Counted from the first letter of the stretch, positions 20,108 to 30,074 are shown. The stretch is DNA of 64,000 bases from Candidatus Wolfebacteria bacterium GW2011_GWA1_44_24 (GCA_001001115.1 LCIO01000001.1:236339-300338); one strand, 5' to 3'. Notes: generated by a model not told the origin, from the letters alone. Numbers and translations are program-made.

Positions 20108-20581
20108 TTACACGTGTCGGTCCGCCACCTTGGAAGCCGCGTAGCTGTTCGGCTTAGTGCGAGCCTCAAAATTATAAGCCCTAACCATTCCCACCACTTC
20201 ATTAATCATTGATTTTGTTTCGCCGTTTTCGCCGACATCAATATGAATTTCAAAATCAAAATGCGGCGCGTCGAAACTTTTCAAACTTGCCAGGACTTTT
20301 TGCGCCGCTTCAAGTGAAAACATCACTTCTTGGATTATCCGGTCGCGCAAAGTATGAAATTTATCCAATTCAATCCGGCGCCAAAAATAACGGCCGCCAT
20401 TCCCCACCCGATGGACAACCACCGCGGTGATAAAATCAACCGGCAAGCCCTCTTTAGCCTCGGAATCAGAACCAATGATAATTTTATAATGCCGCTTTTC
20501 GTCATCTTTCATAAAACGGATGATTTCGGAAACGGTTTGTTCAATATTTAATTTTAAGCCAAACGGCGTGTTGAAATTCAT
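20108..20581 (-). CDS. Hypothetical RNase H-like fold protein (DUF458/YkuK-like)
   Basis: 157 aa. Pattern …KIIIGSDSE…FITAVVVHRVGNGGRYF… resembles the YkuK/DUF458 family; assignment is tentative. Confidence 0.4.
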   Translation of the reverse strand: MNFNTPFGLKLNIEQTVSEIIRFMKDDEKRHYKIIIGSDSEAKEGLPVDFITAVVVHRVGNGGRYFWRRIELDKFHTLRDRIIQEVMFSLEAAQKVLASLKSFDAPHFDFEIHIDVGENGETKSMINEVVGMVRAYNFEARTKPNSYAASKVADRHV

Positions 20582-20583
20582 AT

Positions 20584-21573
20584 TTATTTTTGTATCGTTT
20601 TTTTTATTTTATTCAATAAATTTTTGTCTTCTTTCAATTTTTGAGTCGCGGCATCCATTCCCACCCCCAGTTTCTCTCCTTCAAAACTATAGGTATTGCC
20701 GCTCTTGCCGACTGTTCCCTGCTTCAAAGCGACATTCAAAATATCGGCGGCGTAAGAAATTCCCTCGCCATACATTATGTCAAATTCCGCGATTTTAAAA
20801 GGTGGCGCCACTTTGTTTTTGGCCACCTTGGCTTTAACGCGATTGCCGACCACTTCTTCTCCTTTTTTAATTTGCGCAATGCGCCGAATATCAATCCTTA
20901 CCGATGCGTAAAACTTCAACGCCCGGCCGCCTGGAGTCGTGGTCGGCTCGCCGTATCCCATCATCCCGATTTTGTCTCGAAGTTGATTTATAAAAATTAT
21001 TAAAGTGTTTGATTTTGAAGAAATAGCCGTGAGTTTTCTTAACGCTTGACTCATCATTCTTGCCTGAAGTCCGATAAACTGCGCCCCCATTTCTCCTTCA
21101 ATCTCGATTTTTGGAGTAAGAGCCGCCACCGAATCAACAACAATCACGTCAATAATTCCCGAACGCACCAAGCTTTCCAGGATATTAAGCGCTTCCTCGC
21201 CGCTGTCCGGCTGGGAAATAATCAAATCATTAATTTTTACGCCTAATTTTTTGGCGTATTCCGGGTCAAGCGCGTGTTCGGCGTCAATAAAAGCGGCTTT
21301 GCCTCCCTGTTTTTGCGCTTCAGCGACAGCATGAAGCGCGAGAGTGGTTTTACCGCTCGATTCCGGGCCAAAAATTTCAATAATTCTTCCTCTCGGAAAA
21401 CCTCCCACTCCTAAAGCCAAATCCAACGAAAAAGAACCCGTTGGAACAACGGCGACATCGACTTTTTTAACATCGCCCAATTTCATCACCGCCCCTTCGC
21501 CAAACTTTTCTTGAAGCGACTCCAGCAATTTTTCCAAATCTTGTTTTTCTTCCGCGGTTTTTTGTTTTGTCAT
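20584..21573 (-). CDS. recA: Recombinase RecA
   Basis: Walker [15 protein letters not shown]1/L2 loops, C-terminal …NKIKKTIQK; 329 aa. Confidence 0.95.
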   Translation of the reverse strand: MTKQKTAEEKQDLEKLLESLQEKFGEGAVMKLGDVKKVDVAVVPTGSFSLDLALGVGGFPRGRIIEIFGPESSGKTTLALHAVAEAQKQGGKAAFIDAEHALDPEYAKKLGVKINDLIISQPDSGEEALNILESLVRSGIIDVIVVDSVAALTPKIEIEGEMGAQFIGLQARMMSQALRKLTAISSKSNTLIIFINQLRDKIGMMGYGEPTTTPGGRALKFYASVRIDIRRIAQIKKGEEVVGNRVKAKVAKNKVAPPFKIAEFDIMYGEGISYAADILNVALKQGTVGKSGNTYSFEGEKLGVGMDAATQKLKEDKNLLNKIKKTIQK

Positions 21574-22211
21574 TATGGTTGATAAATAATTCGCCTGGTC
21601 TCTTTTACTTCTTTTCCTAAAAATCTTTTAACCTTGAATTCAATTGAATTGGCGCCGGGGTTAAGCTCGATTTCTTTTTCAAATTGACCGTTGGCACTAA
21701 CAAAAATTTCTTCGCTATTAATCATCAATTTATCCCGATAATCCCCCAACTCGCCGCTTAATTTAAAATTCGGCTCTCTGACAATCAAATTGTCGCCGGC
21801 CGGATTTAAAATTTCCATTTTCGGAATGCCCAATAAGCTGTTAATCCGCCAAACCAGAAAAAGTATAACAAAGACAAAAATAATTGCAATCGCAATTCTC
21901 TTGATTTTTCTCGGCTTAACGGCAAAACGATTAAAAGGCAGCCGATCATCAAGATTCATTCCGGCGATGATTTCGTCTTTGTAAGCTTGCCACGTTCCTT
22001 CGCCGTCGATTCTCAAGACTTCGGAAATTTTCATCAAATAACCCCGCAAATAAGCAAGCGGAGGAAATTTTTTGAAATCGCCCTCAATAAAAGCACTTAA
22101 GTGGCGCTTGGAAATGCCGGTTAATTCCGACAGCCGCTCAATGGTCAAGCCGCGGATTTCCATGGCTTCGCCCAAAAACTCCTTAAAAGATTTTTGCTTA
22201 TCGTTAGTCAT
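21573..22211 (-). CDS. RodZ-like cytoskeletal protein (N-terminal Cro/C1 HTH, single TM, C-terminal domain)
   Basis: [30 protein letters not shown], a TM segment ([16 protein letters not shown]), and co-location with ftsK/recA. Confidence 0.6.
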   Translation of the reverse strand: MTNDKQKSFKEFLGEAMEIRGLTIERLSELTGISKRHLSAFIEGDFKKFPPLAYLRGYLMKISEVLRIDGEGTWQAYKDEIIAGMNLDDRLPFNRFAVKPRKIKRIAIAIIFVFVILFLVWRINSLLGIPKMEILNPAGDNLIVREPNFKLSGELGDYRDKLMINSEEIFVSANGQFEKEIELNPGANSIEFKVKRFLGKEVKETRRIIYQP

Positions 22212-24312
22212 AATAAACTTCTCTCGGTTTGGCTCCTTCGCCGGGCCCGATAATTCCCTTGGCTTCCATTATATCCAGAAGCCGGGCGGCCCGGGCATAA
22301 CCGATTTTAAGCCGGCGCTGAAGAAGCGAAGCCGACGCCTTTTTCGCGGCTTTAACCGTTTCCACCGCCTCGTCATACAACTCGTCTTCTTCGCCGGATT
22401 CGGCGTATTCGTCAAAAATATTCGATAAATTATCGCTATTAGCTACGCCGTTTTCAAAATTTAAATCCTTTGGTTCTTCTGTGTCAGCGGAAAAATTTTT
22501 ATTGTTTTCCCTAATGAAATTGGTTACTTTGCTTATTTCCTCTTCAGAAAGATAAGCCCCCTGGATTCTTTTCGGCTTTGATAATTCCGATGAAGTAAAG
22601 AGCATGTCTCCGCCGCCCAAAAGCTTTTCCGCTCCGGCTGAATCCAAAATAGTCCGGGAATCAACTTGAGAAGCGACTTGAAGGGCCATTCTGGAAGTGA
22701 TATTGGCCTTAATCAAACCGGTGATGACTTCAACCGACGGCCGCTGAGTGGAAACAATCAGGTGAATGCCCGTAGCTCTGGCCATCTGAGCCAATCTGAC
22801 AATCGCACCCTCGATTTCCCGGCCGTAAGTCGCCATCAAATCAGCCAATTCGTCGATCACCAGTAAAATATAAGAAAGCGGTTCATCCGGATGCTTTTTA
22901 TTATAACTTTGAACGTCGCGCGAACCGGCCCCCAAAAGCGTTTCGTAGCGCTTATCCATTTCTTCAATCAGCCAGCGAAAAACGCCGGCGGTTTTTTTGG
23001 TTTGAGTGATGACCGGCGCGATCAAATGAGGCAGGCCGTCATACGCGGAAAGTTCCACCCTCTTCGGGTCAATTAAAATCATTTTCAAAGTTTCGGGCGA
23101 ATTTTTATAAAGCAAGGAGATTAAAAGGGAATGGATGGCGATTGATTTTCCCGAACCGGTTGAACCGGCAATGAGCAAATGCGGCATTTTTTCAATATCC
23201 GCGAAAATCGGTTCTCCCGAAACATCGCGGCCCAAAATAAAACCAAGGAGTCCGGAGTCCGCGAATTCCGGATAATTCATCAAACTTCCCAGCCGAACTA
23301 TGGCCGCCACCTTATTCGGCACTTCAATGCCAACCAATGATTTCCCGGGAATCGGCGCTTCAATCCTAATGGGATGAGCGGCCAAAGCCAAAGACAAATC
23401 TTGATTCAAAGCCATGATTCGCGACAATTTAATGCCTTCGGCCGGCTTAAGGGTATAACGGGTAACTTTCGGGCCGATGTTAATTTCTCCCATTTCCACC
23501 GGAATGCCGAATCCCTCCAACGTCCTTTTGATGATATTGGCGCTGGCGCGCAAATCTCCAGAAGTCGGTTTTTCAATGGACGACTTAAGAAGTTCTAACG
23601 GAGGAAAAACATAATTGCCCGACGCCCGGCGTTTAGGAAGAGACATTTTTTTGAATCCTATCGCGGCCGCGATTTTTTCCTTAATTGGTTCCTGTTTATC
23701 CTCTGTTTTCGGCTCTTCAACTGCCGCAATTTCATTCGTCGGCGCTGGAGCCGGCTCGCTGACTTTCAACGGCGCCAGAGTCAAAACAGGTTCTTTGTCT
23801 TTTTTCATTCTCATTTTGAGAGGTAAATTAAGAGTAACCAGTAAAGAAGCAATATTAATAACGCCGACAATAACCAGCGAAGCCATATAACCAAAAAGAT
23901 ATTCCAGGGAACCGATTCCGGCGCCGACAATTCCACTCTTGGAAGGAAGAACAATGTCAATCAGACCCAAGCCGGCAAAAACGAAAACCACGGCGCCCAG
24001 AAAAGTAATCTGATAAATCCGGCGCCGTTCGGAAATCAAAAACACGCCCGCCATAATCAAAAAAGTCAAAGGTAAGAGATAATATCCCCAGCCGAAAAGC
24101 CATTTAAAAATATCGTAAAAAAAATTGCCGACCGGACCGGCGTTTTGAAAACTCGCCAAAAACAAAATCGCGGCCGCGCCGAAAAAAATCACCGCCCAAA
24201 CGCTTTTCTTGGTCTCTGGATGAAGCCGAAATTCTTCCGATTCGCCCGACATCAAAGATTTAACGCCGAATGCTTTTTTGCTTTTTCTTTTGCGCGACAT
24301 CTTTTGCTTCAA
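22204..24312 (-). CDS. ftsK: DNA translocase FtsK/SpoIIIE
   Basis: N-terminal 4-5 TM helices. Motor domain with Walker A GSTGSGKS and Walker B LLVIDELADL. C-terminal γ winged-helix (…LYDEAVETV…IMEAKGIIG). Confidence 0.92.
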   Translation of the reverse strand: MKQKMSRKRKSKKAFGVKSLMSGESEEFRLHPETKKSVWAVIFFGAAAILFLASFQNAGPVGNFFYDIFKWLFGWGYYLLPLTFLIMAGVFLISERRRIYQITFLGAVVFVFAGLGLIDIVLPSKSGIVGAGIGSLEYLFGYMASLVIVGVINIASLLVTLNLPLKMRMKKDKEPVLTLAPLKVSEPAPAPTNEIAAVEEPKTEDKQEPIKEKIAAAIGFKKMSLPKRRASGNYVFPPLELLKSSIEKPTSGDLRASANIIKRTLEGFGIPVEMGEINIGPKVTRYTLKPAEGIKLSRIMALNQDLSLALAAHPIRIEAPIPGKSLVGIEVPNKVAAIVRLGSLMNYPEFADSGLLGFILGRDVSGEPIFADIEKMPHLLIAGSTGSGKSIAIHSLLISLLYKNSPETLKMILIDPKRVELSAYDGLPHLIAPVITQTKKTAGVFRWLIEEMDKRYETLLGAGSRDVQSYNKKHPDEPLSYILLVIDELADLMATYGREIEGAIVRLAQMARATGIHLIVSTQRPSVEVITGLIKANITSRMALQVASQVDSRTILDSAGAEKLLGGGDMLFTSSELSKPKRIQGAYLSEEEISKVTNFIRENNKNFSADTEEPKDLNFENGVANSDNLSNIFDEYAESGEEDELYDEAVETVKAAKKASASLLQRRLKIGYARAARLLDIMEAKGIIGPGEGAKPREVYYD

Positions 24313-24343
24313 TTAAACACCAAATTTTGGTAAAATTCAATCA

Positions 24344-25789
24344 ATGAAAATGAATCCGAAAATATTTAAAGCTTACGATATCCGCGGCAAATACCCGCGC
24401 GAAATAAACGAAAATATTGTAATGGAAATAGTGGATAAATTTTTACCCCGCAAGTTAAAAATTAAAATTATTATCGGCCGCGACGCTCGTTTAAGTTCGC
24501 CGAATTTATACAAAGCGGCAATCAAACGATTAAAAATTCAATCCGCCGACTGGCGGAGGAAATTAAAAATTGTCCCGGCGGGATTGATTACCACACCGAT
24601 GCTTTCTTTTTTGGTCAATTATCTGAAAGCTGATTTCGGCATAATGATTACCGCCAGCCATAACCCAAAAGAATACAATGGTTTGAAAATCGTCGGCAAA
24701 AACGCCATGCCGATAAGCGGAAAAGATGTTTTACAATTATTATAAACAACAAATACAAAATTGTTTCTGAAACCTAAACGGAAGCGCAGTCCGCCAACTG
24801 GCGGACGTGAGCGGGTTGAAGAAACAATTTTGTATTCGTTGTTGACGATGGCTGTTATGAATTATATAAAAATTTACGCTGATTTTCTTAAAAAATTTTT
24901 ACGACCTCGACAAAAATTGAAGGTGGTTTTTGATTGTTCCAATGGCGTTGCCGGCCCGATAATTAAACAGCTGACAACCGACAGCCAACAACTGAAAACT
25001 TTTTTGATTAATGAAAAATCCGATGGCAATTTTCCGGCTCATGGGCCGAATCCGCTTAAACCCAACGCGTTAAAACAACTCCAAAATGAAGTCAAAAAAC
25101 ACAAAGCTACTCTCGGAATAATTTTTGACGCCGACGGCGACAGAGTATTTTTCATCGATAATCGCGGCCGCTTTGTTGACCCGGACGTGATTTCTCGATT
25201 GTTAATTTGGCACCTTAAGCCAAAAAAAGTTGTTATCGATGTCCGGACGGGATGGCTCGTAAGAAAATTCAAAATTAAAAATTCAAAATTAAAAATTCAC
25301 GAATCAAGCGTTGGGCATTATTTCATAAAAAAATTAATGCGCAAAACTAATGCGGATTTAGGCGTCGAACGTTCGGGGCATTATTATTTCGGACCAAACA
25401 TTCATAATCAAAAAAATCTTTATTTTGATTCGGGAATCCTTGCCGCCATTGAAACAATCAATGCGGTTTCAAAATTGCCGTATTCTTTGGCGGATTTCAG
25501 CGATTTATTTCCGCCGCTTTATCGCTCCGGCGAAATCAACATAAAAATCGGCCAGCCGCAAAATATAATAAAAAAAATTGAAAAAAAATTGAAAAATCAA
25601 GCAATAAAAACTTCTCGCCTTGACGGCTTAACGATGGAATTCAATCCTTCGGCAAGCCCGGGAAAAGCCTGGCGGTTTAATCTGCGGCCGTCAAACACCG
25701 AACCGCTGGTCAGATTAAATATTGAAGCAACCGATAAACGATTTCTTGACAATTTTCTTAAAAAGATTTATTCTTTAATTAGCAATTAG
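24344..25789 (+). pseudogene. manB: Phosphomannomutase/phosphoglucomutase (α-D-phosphohexomutase) interrupted in frame by a ~98-nt hairpin element that introduces a single TAA stop (24743-24745). ORF-track pieces: 24344..24745 and 24761..25789.
   Basis: Fragment 1 has KAYDIRG and the active-site TASHNP…YNGLKIV. Fragment 2 has KVVFDCSNGVAGP (Mg loop region), GIIFDADGDR, …GVERSGHYYF (sugar-binding). Both fragments are in the same frame (24761-24344=417=3×139) and are separated only by the TAA plus the element translation. Confidence 0.75.
24747..24844. other. Conserved hairpin element, copy 2, inserted inside the PMM/PGM gene: same core as copy 1, flanked by a different inverted repeat (CAACAAATACAAAATTGTTTC / GAAACAATTTTGTATTCGTTG)
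   Basis: Core identical to 19000-19052 except CAGCTG→CAACTG. Flanking 21-nt near-perfect inverted repeat. The insert keeps the host gene frame but is preceded by an in-frame TAA. Confidence 0.65.
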
Positions 25790-25815
25790 CGACAACTAAA
25801 AAGGGGGTGAGGTGA

Positions 25816-26394
25816 TTGGCAAAGCTCATAATCTTGGATTTCGACGGGGTTTTGGTTAAAAGTGGAAAGATGGAAAAGTGCTGGCGGAAATTTTCGGAAG
25901 AACTTACCCTGAAAAAAACACCGCGTTTTTTGCTGGAATTTTGCGACATCTTCGATTTCCTGGCAAAGCCGGCTCCGGAATTAAAACCTGAGGCCAAACG
26001 CTTTATTCGGGAACGAGATTCGAAATCGGAGCTCCTGGCTCTTATTACCGACCGCAGCTTGTTCTTTATTTCCTCGTTCTTTTCCAAGAGCAAAGAAATT
26101 TCGCCGACTGATTTTGAATTTATCCAAGTCCGAGAAAGTTTTCTCAACCAATTTTCGCCCTGGATAAAATTCATCGGCGAGCCCAAAACAAAACCGCAAA
26201 TTTTTGTTTCCGCTCAAACAAAACCCGCTCCGGAAGTTCTGAAAAACAAAGAGTTAAAACGCTTCTTGGATGAAAGAAATATTAAACAAGAAGAGGTTCT
26301 TATTATTGACGACCTCTTTGAAATGAGAAAAGCGGCGCGGGAAATGGGCTTTCCGGCGCTGGCGCCGAAATTATTTTTCCAAACCGAACCCTGA
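25816..26394 (+). CDS. HAD-superfamily hydrolase
   Basis: TTG start 4 nt after a strong SD (AAAGGGGGTGAGGTGA). Motif I LIILDFDGVLV. Motif IV-like …EEVLIIDD. Confidence 0.6.
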   Translation: MAKLIILDFDGVLVKSGKMEKCWRKFSEELTLKKTPRFLLEFCDIFDFLAKPAPELKPEAKRFIRERDSKSELLALITDRSLFFISSFFSKSKEISPTDFEFIQVRESFLNQFSPWIKFIGEPKTKPQIFVSAQTKPAPEVLKNKELKRFLDERNIKQEEVLIIDDLFEMRKAAREMGFPALAPKLFFQTEP

Positions 26395-26428
26395 TGCTTA
26401 AATCATCAAAAAGGGTCCGGTTTTTTTA

Positions 26429-26785
26429 TTAAAGCAAATTAAAAAAATGCGGCCAAAAAACTAGCAAACCGATAATAACTGCTCCAAAACTGGCCACTAA
26501 AACTATCGCGGCCATCAAATCCTTTATAAGCCGCACCTGCTCGTTATATTTTGGCTGAAGGAAATCCAACAATCGCTCAATGACGACATTAACCAATTCC
26601 AAAGTCAGCACCGTGAAAATTGCCGTCATCAAAACCGCTTTTTCGGTCCGACTGGTCGGAAAATAAAGCATTGCCGCGACAACCAGCGCGGCAACGATAA
26701 TCATTATCTTAAAATTCCGCTCGTGAATAAGGGTTTCTTTCAAGCCGTTAAAAGCGTATTTGAAGCTATCGCGCAATTTTCTCAT
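26429..26785 (-). CDS. dgkA: Diacylglycerol kinase / undecaprenol kinase (DgkA family)
   Basis: 118 aa, 3 TM helices, with …RNFKIM…EKAVLMTAIFTVLTLELVNVVIE… matching the DgkA signature region. Confidence 0.75.
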   Translation of the reverse strand: MRKLRDSFKYAFNGLKETLIHERNFKIMIIVAALVVAAMLYFPTSRTEKAVLMTAIFTVLTLELVNVVIERLLDFLQPKYNEQVRLIKDLMAAIVLVASFGAVIIGLLVFWPHFFNLL

Positions 26786-27602
26786 CTTTATTTAAATTAT
26801 AAAAGTTTTCAAAAACTTTTGCCACTAAAATCGGGCCGGCGCCGCCTGGCGTAGGCGTATAAAATGACAATTGATCTCCGATATTTGATAATTGACCGCT
26901 ATCTAAATCGCCGGAAATTTTATTGTTTTCATCAAAAGAATATCCGAAATCAATTATTCCGGCATCTTGTTTCAATATTTCCGGTTTTATCAAACCGGCC
27001 TGACCAACGCCAGAAATTATCAAATCGTAATTTTTCAAGTCGGATAAATCGCTGTTTTTTTTAAAAATTTTCAGCTCCTTGACTTGGTTCATTAACCAAA
27101 CGGCAACCGGTTTGCCGATTAAAAAACCGGCGCCAACAACTGCGACCTTAACATCTGACAACCGACATTTGACCTCTGACAATATTTCTTCAACTGTTTC
27201 GATTGCCGGCGGCAAAACCGGATTTCGGCCAACATAAAACGCGCCAAGCGCCCGCTCGCCCAAAACATCAATATCTTTTTCCCGCGGAATAACGTTCAAT
27301 ATATAATGCTTATTAATATGTTCCGGCAAAGGCAACTGCACAATCACGCCGCCAACCTTTTTTAAAAGCGCGATTTTTAAAACTTCTTTTCGCAACTCGT
27401 CGTTTTTTAAATCTGACGAGGATTTATAAATTCGAAAATCAATACCCAACTCTTTGGCGACATTTTCTTTTTGTTTTAAAAAACTTTCCGATTGCTGATT
27501 ATCGCCCGCTAAAACCGCCGCCAAAATTTTCTCCGGTTTAGGCCGGGTTTTCAATTCGTCAATGATATTTTGAGCTATTTTTTTACCGTCAATAATCTTC
27601 AT
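26766..27602 (-). CDS. folD: Bifunctional methylene-THF dehydrogenase/methenyl-THF cyclohydrolase FolD
   Basis: IIDGKKIA, VQLPLP, VVGAGFLIGKP, TPTPGGAGP motifs. Confidence 0.9.
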   Translation of the reverse strand: MKIIDGKKIAQNIIDELKTRPKPEKILAAVLAGDNQQSESFLKQKENVAKELGIDFRIYKSSSDLKNDELRKEVLKIALLKKVGGVIVQLPLPEHINKHYILNVIPREKDIDVLGERALGAFYVGRNPVLPPAIETVEEILSEVKCRLSDVKVAVVGAGFLIGKPVAVWLMNQVKELKIFKKNSDLSDLKNYDLIISGVGQAGLIKPEILKQDAGIIDFGYSFDENNKISGDLDSGQLSNIGDQLSFYTPTPGGAGPILVAKVFENFYNLNKDEKIAR

Positions 27603-27603
27603 T

Positions 27604-27996
27604 TTAAATATTTTTATAATGCTTTATTACATAATCTTTTCTACAAATTGTCAAGGCAATTAAATCTATTTGCCAACCCTTCTTGTCGTCAATCAATTCT
27701 AATCGATGATTGGCGTACAAAGAAGCGGTTCTTTGAAGTTTTGCCAATTTAACACTCGTCAGCTGATTTTCGGCCGAAATTTGATTGTAATTTTCGTTAA
27801 CGGTGTGTAATTTTTCCACACCACGAACGGTTTTTACTTCTACAAACACCAGGGTTTTATCCGGCGCCTTGGCAATTATATCCAATTCTCCCCATTTTTG
27901 CCTAAAATTGCGTTCAATTATCTTATATTTATTCTCCATAAGATATCTACAAGCTATATTTTCACCAAACTGGCCGATTTCTGATTTATAAGTCAT
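27604..27996 (-). CDS. yraN: YraN/UPF0102-family endonuclease
   Basis: GENIACRYL…GELDIIA…LVFVEVKT (PD-(D/E)xK-like UPF0102 signature). Confidence 0.75.
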   Translation of the reverse strand: MTYKSEIGQFGENIACRYLMENKYKIIERNFRQKWGELDIIAKAPDKTLVFVEVKTVRGVEKLHTVNENYNQISAENQLTSVKLAKLQRTASLYANHRLELIDDKKGWQIDLIALTICRKDYVIKHYKNI

Positions 27997-28099
27997 TTAA
28001 TCAATTATACAATAATAAAGTGAATATGCCACACCGTAATCAATGTAAAACGTTTTCACATGCTAAACAAAAAACAAATTTGCCACAAAATGATTAAAA

Positions 28100-28115
28100 A
28101 TGTTTCACGGCAAAC
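28100..28115. promoter_or_regulatory. parS-like centromere site TGTTTCACGGCAAACA (14/16 to consensus TGTTTCACGTGAAACA), embedded in a cluster of 4 further TGTTTCAC half-sites (≈28047-28225)
   Basis: Direct read of sequence. Half-sites: cgTTTTCACat (28051), gTGTTTCACac (28179), aTGTTTCACac (28198), TGTTTTACAc (28210). No parAB in window. Confidence 0.5.
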
Positions 28116-28228
28116 ATTAAAAAACGCTATGATTAAAAAACCCACATTTCATGCGGGTTTTTAAAAATGGCCGTTTCCAGTGTTTCACACTTTTTACAAT
28201 GTTTCACACTGTTTTACACTTTTTGTCA

Positions 28229-28258
28229 AGAAAAAAGCCCGAAATTGAATCTCGGGCT
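28229..28258 (-). terminator. Rho-independent terminator downstream of galT
   Basis: Hairpin AGCCCGA-aattgaatc-TCGGGCT followed (on the minus strand) by TTTTTT. A second hairpin+T-run lies at ~28137-28162. Confidence 0.65.
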
Positions 28259-28282
28259 TTATAATTTTACATCATTTACATT

Positions 28283-29317
28283 TTAGGCTTTTCTTAAAAC
28301 TTCTGCCGCTTCTTCTGGAAGCACATTGTTAATATGGAAACCCGTGGCGATTTCAAATGAACTATAGAGCCGAATTCTCGGGATTATTTCGATGTGCCAG
28401 TGAAAATCTTCCCGAAGGGTCTGCCACTTTGACCAACAAGCATTCTGGTTAGGGGCGGTATAGACAACCATTGTGTAAGAAACGCCGTCTTCTTCGCCGG
28501 TAACCACCGCGTTGAGTTTCATAATCGCGGTTTTAAGCATAGCGGCGAATTCCAGGTCAAAAAACGATTCTTCAAAAAACGGTTCATGACGCTTCGGCAA
28601 TACAAGCATTTCATACGGCACCCTGCTCCATGGCGGCGCTAAAAGGATATGACTCCTGCTCTCCATTATTATCCTTTCGCCGTTTTTCTCTTCCACTCCG
28701 AGAATATCGCACAAAAGACACCTGTTTTTCGAATTAAAATGCTTTTTCAGATGCCAGAGTTTTTCTTTCATCGCCGACGATATTACCGGCGAACCGACCA
28801 CTACCGCGTGGGGATGGGTTATTTTTACCCGCGTCCCGCTGCCGTAGTTTTTATAAACCAGGACTTGCCGGATATTCCCGTCTTTTTTAAGGTCGCTGAT
28901 TCTTTCCCCGAATACGCCTAGAATTTCCTTGATTTTTTCCGCCGGCATATTGGGCCAGGTATCATCGTGGCGCGATGACTCGACGATAATCTCATTGGCG
29001 CCCGTAGCGGAAATAAAATCGTAAATATCCATGCCGAGCCGTTTTTGTTTTTCTACCCGAAAAATCGGATTTTTATCCGGCACCACCCGGATCCGCCAGC
29101 CTGGTTGATTGGGCCAACCGTTATCGCGGCGCGCCGTTATTTCCGAAGGTGTCAATTTTTCATTGCCTTCGCAAAACGGACAAGGCTCGATACCGCATTT
29201 GCCATCTCCTTTGTGATGAATCGTATATTTGCCGCTAAGAGGATTTTTTATGAGATGCGATTCTTCCAGCAAGCTTTTTGTTTCTGACAACATCTTTTCC
29301 TTACTATTCAGTTCCAT
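28283..29317 (-). CDS. galT: Galactose-1-phosphate uridylyltransferase (GalT, HIT superfamily)
   Basis: CPFCEGNE zinc/active-site motif; HxHxQ-like VVYTAPNQ…HWHIEIIP. 344 aa. Confidence 0.8.
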   Translation of the reverse strand: MELNSKEKMLSETKSLLEESHLIKNPLSGKYTIHHKGDGKCGIEPCPFCEGNEKLTPSEITARRDNGWPNQPGWRIRVVPDKNPIFRVEKQKRLGMDIYDFISATGANEIIVESSRHDDTWPNMPAEKIKEILGVFGERISDLKKDGNIRQVLVYKNYGSGTRVKITHPHAVVVGSPVISSAMKEKLWHLKKHFNSKNRCLLCDILGVEEKNGERIIMESRSHILLAPPWSRVPYEMLVLPKRHEPFFEESFFDLEFAAMLKTAIMKLNAVVTGEEDGVSYTMVVYTAPNQNACWSKWQTLREDFHWHIEIIPRIRLYSSFEIATGFHINNVLPEEAAEVLRKA

Positions 29318-29415
29318 ATAAATAACCTCCCTTTTAAGTTGTTAAGCGTTCATGCCCGTTTTGGCTCACGTTGAACGGATTATAACAAAAATTTCCAGAT
29401 AAGAAAACTTTCCTG

Positions 29416-29487
29416 TGGGCGATGCAGGGATTGAGCCTGCGGCCTTCTCGGTGTAAACGAGACGCTCTGCCACTGAGCTAATCGCCC
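29416..29487 (-). tRNA. tRNA-Val (anticodon TAC)
   Basis: Minus-strand cloverleaf GGGCGAT-TA-GCTCAGTGGCAGAGC-G-TCTCG-TTTACAC-CGAGA-…-GCAGG-CTCAATC-CCTGC-ATCGCCC-A. CCA not encoded. Confidence 0.85.
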
Positions 29488-29491
29488 GACA

Positions 29492-30067
29492 TTACATCCT
29501 TTTTATCATCCTTCTGACAATATTCTCAAAAATAACGATAACAACAATGAAGCCGATTATCAAGAAAGCGGCGGTTTTCAGGTCTTGACGCAAAACATTT
29601 GTTTTGTAAGCGAAAACATACCCCAAAGAAACAAAAGTAATGGACCAAATAAGTCCGGCCAGCCAGCTGTATCTCAGCAACTCCTTAAGCGGAATTTTTA
29701 CATAGCCGCTGGCCACCAAAACAAGCTTGTTAAAACTCCAGGCGAATTTTGAAATAAAAACATACAAGCCGTCGTTAATTTTCAATTTTTCCAAAAAAGC
29801 GCCGGCTTTTTCCAGATGAATGAACAGAAATTTTTTTCTTTTTGATTCGGCAAGTTTCCAGCCGATTGACCAATAGATTAAATCGTGGACAATCGAGGCT
29901 GCAAAAGCTACAATTATAACATCAAGAATATCAAGGTAGCCATTGCGGCTCAGAACTCCGGCCAAAAGCAAAATCACTTCTCCCTCAATCAAAACGGCGA
30001 GAAAAATAATTACATACGAGATAAAGCGATGAGTTTCGGAAAAATTAACGAGCAATGATTCAACCAT
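29492..30067 (-). CDS. DedA/SNARE-associated family membrane protein
   Basis: Start at MVESLL. The ORF-track N-terminal extension is the translation of repeat module M1. DedA signature …VLSRNGYLDILDVIIVAFAASIVHDLIYW…. Confidence 0.7.
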   Translation of the reverse strand: MVESLLVNFSETHRFISYVIIFLAVLIEGEVILLLAGVLSRNGYLDILDVIIVAFAASIVHDLIYWSIGWKLAESKRKKFLFIHLEKAGAFLEKLKINDGLYVFISKFAWSFNKLVLVASGYVKIPLKELLRYSWLAGLIWSITFVSLGYVFAYKTNVLRQDLKTAAFLIIGFIVVIVIFENIVRRMIKRM

Positions 30068-30074
30068 AAAAAGT

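Noticed and set aside
28047-28225. TGTTTCAC repeats as DnaA boxes / a second origin
   Set aside because: Match to TTATCCACA is only 6/9, whereas one site matches parS 14/16. A bona fide DnaA-box/DUE origin is present at dnaA-dnaN.
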